64,000 nucleotides of DNA, from assembly GCA_023269615.1 (NCBI GenBank), contig JAHFSY010000020.1:3873-67872 (forward strand), read 5' to 3'. Made by a program: the position numbers and the translations under genes. This DNA is from Verrucomicrobiota bacterium (GTDB lineage Bacteria; Verrucomicrobiota; Verrucomicrobiia; JABWAM01). The notes beneath the pieces are model-generated. The model did no database searches, was not told where the DNA came from, and saw only the letters and a program-made list of their open reading frames with translations. Each line of letters starts with the position of its first letter. Position 1 is the first letter of the stretch. Of this stretch, positions 56,990-64,000 are shown piece by piece.

Positions 56990-57142
56990 ACCCCTGACCC
57001 CGTGATTCGAGGCTTGTGGAGCGGATGCCATCCGCGACCGGGCGTGCGGGTACGTGGGAGAGCAACAAATTTGCCGCGCACCGGAGAATGGGAGGTGAAT
57101 CATTTTCATTTTCCGAGGCGATTATTTGTGTATGATGCCGCC

Positions 57143-57619
57143 ATGCCCTCCTTGATTTTGATCTCCCAGGATTCTCCCCGCCAGGTTTTCGAGCTTGGAC
57201 GGGCAACCCTCATCGTGGGGCGTGATGATACATCCACCATTTTCGTATCCGATGTCAGCGTCTCGCGCAACCATGCCTCGATCGTCTTCGAAAGCGAGGA
57301 GTTTGTGGTGCATGACAACGGTTCCACCAACGGGACGTACGTGAATGGCGAGCGCGTGAGCCGACACGTGTTGCAGCATCATGACATCATCAGCTTCGGC
57401 TCGTGCCTTTTTCTTCTGGATATGGGCAGCACTCGAAAGGGACCGCGTGGCACCGAGGTGATGACGGTCAAGCATGTGGGTTCGAAGGATGGCAAGGTGG
57501 TGGAGATCTCCCCGAAGCCGGTCATGGGCCAGCCTGTGAAGCCGCTGAAGTTGATTCTCTCGTCGTCCAAGGTTCGCAGGACGAGCAGCAAGCCTCCTCC
57601 TCCCCCGACCGCGCGCTGA
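57143..57619 (+). CDS. FHA-domain protein
   Basis: LGRATLIVGRDDTSTIFVSDVSVSRNHASI ... STNGTYVNGERV FHA core. Basic proline-rich tail. Confidence 0.75.
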   Translation: MPSLILISQDSPRQVFELGRATLIVGRDDTSTIFVSDVSVSRNHASIVFESEEFVVHDNGSTNGTYVNGERVSRHVLQHHDIISFGSCLFLLDMGSTRKGPRGTEVMTVKHVGSKDGKVVEISPKPVMGQPVKPLKLILSSSKVRRTSSKPPPPPTAR

Positions 57620-58545
57620 TGGCTCTTCAAGACATCCCGTTTGTGGTCTTGCTGGGTCCGACGGCGGTTGGGAAGAGCGAAGTGGCGGTCGAACTGGCGT
57701 TGGAGACGGGCGGTGAAATCGTCTCCGCCGATTCCATGCAGATCTATCGCGGGATGGACATCGGGACAGCCAAGCCGTCGGCTGAGGAACGACGGGGGGT
57801 GCCTCACCATTTGTTCGACGCCCTGGAGATTTCCGAGTTGTGCGATGCCGCCCGTTTTCGCGCGATGGCGATGGCTGCAATCGACGGCATTCGCAAGCGC
57901 GGCGCGTTGCCGATTGTGACGGGTGGGAGCGGACTTTACATCCGGGCGCTGACGCAGGGGGTGTTTGATGGTCCGGGGCGTGACGAAGCGCTTCGCGCCA
58001 GGCTTGAAGAAGAGGAGACGCCCGTGCTGCGGGAACAGCTTGTGCGCGTGGATCCGAAAGCGGCGGCGAAGATCGGAGTGGGCGATCGCCGCCGCATGAT
58101 CCGGGCACTCGAGATCTTTGAAATGACCGGCACCCCGATCTCCTCACGGCAGACCCAGTGGGGCGGCCATGTTGCGGGGAGGGATGTCATGCCGCGCCTG
58201 GTTGGCTTGAGCCGTTCCCGGGCGGAACTTTACCGTCGTTGCGACGCGAGAGTGGATCGGATGTTTGGCGGGGGGTTCCTGGATGAGGTGAGGCGCTTGA
58301 TGCGTGAGGGACTTGCCCGGAGTCCCACGGCGGTGAAGGCCATCGGTTATTCCGACGCGATGCGCCATCTCTCGGGCGAGATGACGCTGGTGGAGGCGGT
58401 GAAGCAGGTGAAACAAAAAACGCGCAATTATGTGAAGCGTCAGACGGCGTGGTTTCGCCGCGAGCCGGGGATCGTATGGCTGGAGGTGGCGGATGGGGAA
58501 GACGCGGCCACGACGGCAGAGCGGGCACTCGGTGCGTTCTTGTAA
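57619..58545 (+). CDS. miaA: tRNA dimethylallyltransferase
   Basis: VVLLGPTAVGKSEVAVELA P-loop, SADSMQIYRGMDIGTAKP. ATG overlaps the FHA gene stop (TGATG). Confidence 0.85.
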   Translation: MALQDIPFVVLLGPTAVGKSEVAVELALETGGEIVSADSMQIYRGMDIGTAKPSAEERRGVPHHLFDALEISELCDAARFRAMAMAAIDGIRKRGALPIVTGGSGLYIRALTQGVFDGPGRDEALRARLEEEETPVLREQLVRVDPKAAAKIGVGDRRRMIRALEIFEMTGTPISSRQTQWGGHVAGRDVMPRLVGLSRSRAELYRRCDARVDRMFGGGFLDEVRRLMREGLARSPTAVKAIGYSDAMRHLSGEMTLVEAVKQVKQKTRNYVKRQTAWFRREPGIVWLEVADGEDAATTAERALGAFL

Positions 58546-58600
58546 ATACGTGTAATTTTACGATTTGGATTTTTCCGTGCCTTGTGGCAGTCTTCATTGA

Positions 58601-59272
58601 TTGAGTATGACATTTCGAAACATGCCGAAGATGGCAGTGGTGCAGGGGGACAGGATTGGTTTCTGGCTCCTGGTGTTCGCCATGTTCTGGATGGGGTGGG
58701 GGATTTCGCCCCTGTTGAGCCGCACGCCTTTGAAGGCTTCCTATTCAAAGCCGGTTCCGGTGGAAGCACCCGCCGGGATGCGCGAGTGGCGGTATGTGGT
58801 GATCCACCATAGCGGCTCGGCGGCCGGCAATGAGGAGATCATCCAAGGGGACCATTTGCGACGGGGGATGGAGAACGGGATGGCGTATCATTTTCTCATC
58901 GGCAACGGCACCGATGGTCTTGGCGATGGAGAGGTGGTGGAGGGACATCGCTGGAAATACCAGCTTCAGGGCGGCCATTGTCACCAGGATTTCCTGAACG
59001 AATGTGGGATCGGCGTATGTCTCGTGGGCAACATGAACCGCAAGGCCCCGAGCGCGCGACAGGTCAAGTCGCTGACCGGCCTTCTGTTGCGGTTGCAAAG
59101 CGAGTTTCATATTCCCGATGACAACATCCACGGCCATGGGCAGTTTTATGGCGAAGACAGCGATTGTCCCGGGAGATATTTTCCATGGACCAATCTTTGG
59201 ACAAGCCTGAACACGGCTTACCAGGTGCAGGTGGCCGGCGCTTCGGGCAGCCCGTCGGTCGAGAATCATTGA
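58601..59272 (+). CDS. N-acetylmuramoyl-L-alanine amidase (Amidase_2/PGRP fold), membrane-anchored
   Basis: N-terminal TM helix. VVIHHSGS ... AYHFLIG ... GHCHQD ... GHGQF zinc-ligand pattern. Confidence 0.75.
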   Translation: MSMTFRNMPKMAVVQGDRIGFWLLVFAMFWMGWGISPLLSRTPLKASYSKPVPVEAPAGMREWRYVVIHHSGSAAGNEEIIQGDHLRRGMENGMAYHFLIGNGTDGLGDGEVVEGHRWKYQLQGGHCHQDFLNECGIGVCLVGNMNRKAPSARQVKSLTGLLLRLQSEFHIPDDNIHGHGQFYGEDSDCPGRYFPWTNLWTSLNTAYQVQVAGASGSPSVENH

Positions 59273-59285
59273 GCCGGGGGCTGGA

Positions 59286-59999
59286 ATGACTGAAGCAAGC
59301 GCAAGCCTTATTCGTGAAATTCCCGAGCACGACCGCCCGCAGGAGCGATTGGCACGCCTCGGCGCTCATTCGCTCACCGACGCAGAACTGCTGGCCGTCA
59401 TCCTGCGCACGGGGCGTCGTGGTGTTTCGTCCGTTCAACTGGGTGACGCCCTGTTGAGGAGGTTTGGCGGCTTGAGGGAATTGACGCGTCGTAGCGTTTC
59501 GGAATTGTCGCAGGTTGGCGGAGTCGGCCCCGTGAAGGCTTCGATGCTGAAGGCGGCGTTTGATTTGCATGAAAGGGTCAGTTCGCGCGCGGCGCAGGAG
59601 CTCCCCATGGATACGCCGTCCCGTGTATATGACCTGCTGGTCGAGCGCACGCGTTCGCTCACGGTCGAGGTCCTGTTCGGCCTGGCGCTGGATTCCAAGA
59701 TGAAACTGTTGCGATGCTATGAGATTTCGCGCGGAATCCTGAACCAGACGCTGGTTCACGCCCGCGAGGTGTATCGGGAGGCCGTTGCCTCGTCGGCCGG
59801 GCATCTCGTTCTTGCGCACAATCATCCGAGCGGCGACCCGACGCCGAGCGCAGAGGATTTGAAGGCGACGCGCGACATGGTGAATGCCGGTCGTGTGCTG
59901 GGCATTCCACTCATGGACCACGTGATCATCGGCCAGCCATCGCCCTCCAATCATCGCGGCTACGTGAGCCTCAAGGAGGCGGGGATGCTCGCGATGTAG
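59286..59999 (+). CDS. radC: RadC-family JAB/MPN domain protein
   Basis: HLVLAHNHPSGDPTPSAEDL JAMM motif. N-terminal HhH region. Confidence 0.85.
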   Translation: MTEASASLIREIPEHDRPQERLARLGAHSLTDAELLAVILRTGRRGVSSVQLGDALLRRFGGLRELTRRSVSELSQVGGVGPVKASMLKAAFDLHERVSSRAAQELPMDTPSRVYDLLVERTRSLTVEVLFGLALDSKMKLLRCYEISRGILNQTLVHAREVYREAVASSAGHLVLAHNHPSGDPTPSAEDLKATRDMVNAGRVLGIPLMDHVIIGQPSPSNHRGYVSLKEAGMLAM

Positions 60000-60516
60000 G
60001 GCTTTTACCCGAGGCGGTATCGGCCAGTTTTTTCTTTTCCGCCTGCCATCGGGCGGATGCGCTTTTAACGATCCAATAACTGGCCAGGGCCAGGGGAAGC
60101 CCCAGCACCAGTGAGCCGACGAGCAGGGCCTGGCCGCATTTTCGCAGGACCTCAAGGACCTTGTCGCCCTCGTGGAGGAGAAGTTCAAAATCCTTGATGG
60201 TCAGCGACGGAACGTGATCCGCCGGGAGCAGGTGTTTTCCCACGAGATATTCGCCATAAAAAATCAGCGGAATGAGCGGGAAGAACAGGAGATGCAGGTT
60301 GAGCCCGATAAGGCAGGAAACTTTGTTGGTGCGAAACAGGAAGGCAAGAAAGATGCCGGTCAGGGTTTGAAGGCCAAAAATGGGAAGGAAGCTGACGAAA
60401 AATCCAAGGGAAAATCCAAACGCGATTTGTTCGGGGCTGGCTTCCTGATGAAGCAGCTTGGACCACAACCCCTTGATTTTTTCGATGTTGAGGAGCACAG
60501 TATAAAGCGCGCTCAA
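59971..60516 (-). CDS. DUF2062-family membrane protein
   Basis: IAFGFSLGFFVSFLPIFGLQTL pattern. 29-bp 3' overlap with radC. Confidence 0.6.
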   Translation of the reverse strand: MSALYTVLLNIEKIKGLWSKLLHQEASPEQIAFGFSLGFFVSFLPIFGLQTLTGIFLAFLFRTNKVSCLIGLNLHLLFFPLIPLIFYGEYLVGKHLLPADHVPSLTIKDFELLLHEGDKVLEVLRKCGQALLVGSLVLGLPLALASYWIVKSASARWQAEKKKLADTASGKSPTSRASPPP

Positions 60517-60558
60517 ATTGCGCAGGAAATCAATTCAATTTCGTTGGGCAACTATTCT

Positions 60559-62097
60559 ATGAAACTCCCCACCCTGTGGCTTGCGGCTTGTCTTTCAACA
60601 GGTTTTATGTCCGTCGTTTGCGCCGTGACCACGCCGGGTGCGGCTCCTGCGCCGGCGACGGCTGTGCCCGCAGCCTCCCCTGTGGATGTTGCCAAGTCGC
60701 TCGGGAATGCATTCGCCGGTGTCGCCGAACGGGTGAGCCCGTCCGTGGTCGTCATCACGGTGACGCGTGGAGGACAAGGTGGGATTTCGGGCATGCCGGA
60801 AGGCTTCAGCCCATCGCCCGAAGATCAATCGGAACAGCCCGCGCCAAATGACCTCTTCCGATCGCCCCATCGCATGCCCACCCCGCCGCGTGATAACGCC
60901 GAGCCCAGCCAGGGATCCGGATTTATCGTCCGCCCCGACGGCTATATTTTTACCAACAACCACGTCATCCAGGGCGCCGATAAAATCAAGGTGAAGCTGA
61001 AGGATGGACGTTCGTTTGATGCGCAGGTCGTGGGGGTGCCCGATGAAAAAACGGATGTCGCCGTCATCAAGATCGACGCAAAGGGACTGCCCGCAGTCGA
61101 GATGGGGGATTCGGACGCCATTCGACCCGGCGAATGGACCATCGCGATCGGGGCGCCCTTCAGCCTTGATTACAGCGTGACGGTGGGTGTGTTGAGCGGC
61201 AAGTTTCGCGACCACCTGGGCGCGACGATCTACGAGGAGTATTTGCAAACGCAGGCCACGATCAACCCGGGCAACAGCGGAGGCCCGCTTCTCGACATTG
61301 ATGGCAAGGTGGTTGGGATCAACACGCTGATCCGGACGCGGCCTGGATTCACGTTTTACAATGCCAATGTCGGCTTTGCCATTCCCATCAAGCTTGCGCA
61401 GAAGATTGGAAACCTTCTCATTACCAAGGGCAAGGTCGAGCGTCCGTGGATCGGCGTGGATATTCGAACCCTTGAGGAGGCCACGGAGCTGAAGGGGGTG
61501 ATCAAGGGCGTCAGCAAGGGAGTGGTGATCCAGTCCATCCGTCCCGACACTCCGGCGTACCAGTCGGGGCTGGCGCCATTGGATGTCATCACGACCATTG
61601 ACGGGGTGGCGGTCAACACCGCGCGTGATTTGCAGAAGCAGGTTCTCGAAAAGAAAATCGGGCAGGTCGTCCGGCTCAACGTGATGCGCAATGGTGCGCA
61701 AGTTGCCTTGGAGGTCAAGACGGGTCTCCAGCCCTCCACCCAGCAGATTTCCGCGCCTCTGGCGCCGACCCCCCAGCCGCTGCCACCGGGGCTGATTTAT
61801 GGGCTGACTGTTCAACCGGTGACGCAGAAAATCATCGACCAGTACAGCCTTGCGGAAAAGCACGGTCTGTACGTGGTGGATGTGGAGGAGGAGTCTCCTG
61901 CCGCCCGCTGTGGGATGGAACCCGGAATGGTGATCACGGAAGTGGATGGCAGGAAGGTTGCCACCACCCAGGCTCTGAAGGATGAGTTGAAGAAGGCGGA
62001 CCCCAAGCGCGGCCTGCCGCTTCAGGTTTCCAAGGGGGGGATCAAGAGCTTCGTCATCCTGAGACTCGTCCCGTCATCGCGCTCGGATGGGGATTGA
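60559..62097 (+). CDS. htrA: HtrA/DegP-family periplasmic serine protease with two PDZ domains
   Basis: Signal peptide. Catalytic triad context TNNHV ... DVAVIK ... GNSGGPL. Two PDZ-like C-terminal domains. ATG at 60559 chosen over the 641-aa track extension. Confidence 0.85.
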   Translation: MKLPTLWLAACLSTGFMSVVCAVTTPGAAPAPATAVPAASPVDVAKSLGNAFAGVAERVSPSVVVITVTRGGQGGISGMPEGFSPSPEDQSEQPAPNDLFRSPHRMPTPPRDNAEPSQGSGFIVRPDGYIFTNNHVIQGADKIKVKLKDGRSFDAQVVGVPDEKTDVAVIKIDAKGLPAVEMGDSDAIRPGEWTIAIGAPFSLDYSVTVGVLSGKFRDHLGATIYEEYLQTQATINPGNSGGPLLDIDGKVVGINTLIRTRPGFTFYNANVGFAIPIKLAQKIGNLLITKGKVERPWIGVDIRTLEEATELKGVIKGVSKGVVIQSIRPDTPAYQSGLAPLDVITTIDGVAVNTARDLQKQVLEKKIGQVVRLNVMRNGAQVALEVKTGLQPSTQQISAPLAPTPQPLPPGLIYGLTVQPVTQKIIDQYSLAEKHGLYVVDVEEESPAARCGMEPGMVITEVDGRKVATTQALKDELKKADPKRGLPLQVSKGGIKSFVILRLVPSSRSDGD

Positions 62098-63705
62098 TCA
62101 GGCGACAAGCCTGTAGATTTTCGCGAGCTCGAGGACTGCGGAATTCGAGAGGCTGATCAGGTAGCCTGGCGCGATGCCCACCACGAACATCAGCGCGACC
62201 AGGACGCCCGAGACCAGCCGTTCCCTCATGCTGAGATCGGGCATGGCATTCCATTTGTCGTCCTGCGGCCCGAAGAATATGCCCTTCATCATCCGAAGCA
62301 GGTAAAGGGCTGCCAGCAGGATGCCGATTGCCGCGACGCAGGTGAATCCGATCTGGAGCGGGAATGCGCCCCGGAAAATCATGAATTCGCCCACGAAGCC
62401 GGCAAGCCCCGGGAGTCCCAGCGAAGTGAAGAGGGTGACGCCCATCAGGCCGCACATGACCGGGACCGTTTTGCGCAAGCCTCCGAGGTCGGCCAGCGCG
62501 CGTGTCTGGGCGCGCTGCTCGATGAGTCCGACGAAATAGAACAAGCCTGCCGCACTCAACCCGTGGGCGAACATCTGGAGAATCACGCCGTTGAGGGCCA
62601 GCGCCTTGTCGTTCACGTTGCCGGTGACGGAAGCAACGGCAAAAACGCCGAGCATGCAGTAACCAAGGTGGCTTACGCTGGAATAGGCGACCAGCGTCTT
62701 GAGGTCGCGCTGGGCCATGGCGGCGAGCGCCCCGAACACGATGGTGGCTACGGCGAGGAAAAGCAGTGTGGTGGCGTGCGCGGCAATCGAGGGGCTGAAG
62801 AGCGGCAGGATGACCCGCAGGAAACCATACACGCCCATCTTGGACATCAATCCCGTCAACAGCATCGATCCCGCCGTGGGGGCCTGGGTGTAGGTGACGG
62901 GCAGCCACGTGTGGAACGGCCACAGCGGAACTTTCACGGCAAACCCGGCGAACACGAGCAGGAAGACCAGGGTGACCGCGTGATTCATGAGGAACGGAAC
63001 GCCGATCGAACCCGCGAGGTTTTCAATTTTAGAGGAGAGGACGCTGTGGACTCCATCCGTGGGGAGAGCCATCTTTGCCAGGTCAATAAAATCCCATGAG
63101 TCCGTGGCAAGATAGATGAACTGCATGCCGATCACCATCGCGACGCTCCCGACAAAGGTGTAGATGAAAAACTGGTATGCCGCGTGCGTGCGATCCTCGT
63201 TGCCGAACAGCTTGATCAGGAAAAACATCGGCACGAGTGACATTTCCCAGAAGATGAACCAGTGGAAAAAATTCAGCGCCGTGAACGCTCCGTAAAGGCC
63301 CGTCTGCTCGAGGAGGATCAGTGTGTAAAACGTCTTGCATCCCGCCTTGCTCGGCTCAGGCGCCCCAATCGACCTGAATGATCCCAGGATCGTGAGGGGT
63401 GTGATGATGGACACCAGCAACACCATGGCAATGCTGAGCCCATCCACCCCCACGAAATAATCCACGTGAAAGGAGGGGATCCATGCGGCCTTGAATGAAA
63501 ATTGGATTGAGGAGATGGATGAATCGTACTTCTGGATCATCCGCATCAGGGGCAGCAACGGGGAAAGACTGGCGAAGAATGCAAGCAGGCGGATACTCCT
63601 GACGTCGGACCGGTGGAGAAACAGGAGCAGCAGGGCGCCGATGCACGGCAGGAATGTCATCGGAGTGATGATGTCATTTCGCAGATATTCGAGGATGGGA
63701 TTCAT
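62098..63705 (-). CDS. nuoM: NADH-quinone oxidoreductase subunit M (proton-pumping antiporter-like subunit)
   Basis: VDGLSIAMVLLVSIITPL, FFHWFIFWEMSLVPMFFLI and HTWLPVTYTQAPTAGSMLLTGLMSKMGVYGFLR fit NuoM better than NuoN or NuoL. Confidence 0.75.
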   Translation of the reverse strand: MNPILEYLRNDIITPMTFLPCIGALLLLFLHRSDVRSIRLLAFFASLSPLLPLMRMIQKYDSSISSIQFSFKAAWIPSFHVDYFVGVDGLSIAMVLLVSIITPLTILGSFRSIGAPEPSKAGCKTFYTLILLEQTGLYGAFTALNFFHWFIFWEMSLVPMFFLIKLFGNEDRTHAAYQFFIYTFVGSVAMVIGMQFIYLATDSWDFIDLAKMALPTDGVHSVLSSKIENLAGSIGVPFLMNHAVTLVFLLVFAGFAVKVPLWPFHTWLPVTYTQAPTAGSMLLTGLMSKMGVYGFLRVILPLFSPSIAAHATTLLFLAVATIVFGALAAMAQRDLKTLVAYSSVSHLGYCMLGVFAVASVTGNVNDKALALNGVILQMFAHGLSAAGLFYFVGLIEQRAQTRALADLGGLRKTVPVMCGLMGVTLFTSLGLPGLAGFVGEFMIFRGAFPLQIGFTCVAAIGILLAALYLLRMMKGIFFGPQDDKWNAMPDLSMRERLVSGVLVALMFVVGIAPGYLISLSNSAVLELAKIYRLVA

Positions 63706-63711
63706 GGGCGA

Positions 63712-64000
63712 TCAACGATTTCCGAAATAAAGTGCCAGAATAAAAAGGAGGATGATCCCGAGGCTGGTGAGTTTGAGATAATGCTGCGAGAGGCCGTTCT
63801 GTATCCAGCGGTTCCACCCGGCGGCCTTGCGCATCGTGGAGCAACCCTTGTCGAAGCCGCCGTTGATCGCCATGTCGTCCATCAACTGGCTGACGAGCGA
63901 GAGGACGTAAACCACCATTGAACTGCCAAGGACAAACAAACCGTTCAGCACATAGCGGTCGAAGAGTGAAACCCCGCGTGCAAACGCATTCGTGAATGCG
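63712..64000 (-). CDS. nuoL: 3' end of NADH-quinone oxidoreductase subunit L (partial; continues past the window edge)
   Basis: C-terminal INGGFDKGCSTMRKAAGWNRWIQNGLSQHYLKLTSLGIILL resembles the NuoL C-terminus. Confidence 0.55.
   Translation of the reverse strand, partial: AFTNAFARGVSLFDRYVLNGLFVLGSSMVVYVLSLVSQLMDDMAINGGFDKGCSTMRKAAGWNRWIQNGLSQHYLKLTSLGIILLFILALYFGNR

Noticed and set aside
60172-60558. N-terminal 129-aa extension of the HtrA ORF (track start 60172)
   Set aside because: The extension overlaps the DUF2062 gene on the opposite strand and precedes an obvious signal peptide starting at MKLPTLWLAACL. The ATG at 60559 was chosen.
62098-63705. Calling this antiporter-like subunit NuoN because it is the last nuo gene before htrA
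   Set aside because: The HTWLP...APTAGS...LLKMGVYGFLR motif block matches NuoM better than NuoN or NuoL. Gene order alone is not reliable in genomes with split nuo clusters.

Overview
High-GC (~63-66%) bacterial chromosomal window. The gene content fits Verrucomicrobia/Opitutae-like organisms (phosphoketolase plus acetate kinase, heparinase II/III-like enzyme, Sel1 and HEAT lipoproteins, split nuo genes); this lineage guess is low-confidence inference only. Most of the window is core metabolism and cell-envelope biosynthesis: proB, trpD, ribD, aroQ, accB-accC, pfk, efp, aroB, galK, hisC, comM, ackA-xfp, cdaA-glmM, miaA, radC, htrA, nuoM/nuoL, several GT2/GT4/DegT/WecB/epimerase genes. Between these sit short accessory islets: lower-GC patches at 1-705, 20040-20830, 25790-26590 and 33540-35500, and a repeat-dense locus at 1640-3700 holding two toxin-antitoxin cassettes (VapBC-like and MazEF-like), each bracketed by its own repeat family. 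Several distinct palindromic/MITE-like repeat families recur in intergenic spacers: two REP-like hairpin families, a ~95-bp hairpin element in 3 copies, a cacgga-rich element, and a tandem-duplicated ~78-bp palindrome. GATTTGA-type heptanucleotide tandem tracts occur twice inside the heparinase-like ORF and once directly upstream of aroB. The most unusual gene-level module is a His-box/REC/PP2C-phosphatase fusion with a paralogous CheY-like receiver directly upstream of cdaA (c-di-AMP cyclase), a 49-aa CdaR-like stub and glmM. No rRNA, tRNA or CRISPR array was recognised. The ORF-track start coordinates were revised by hand for many genes (the track starts at the most upstream ATG/GTG/TTG); these revised starts are approximate.
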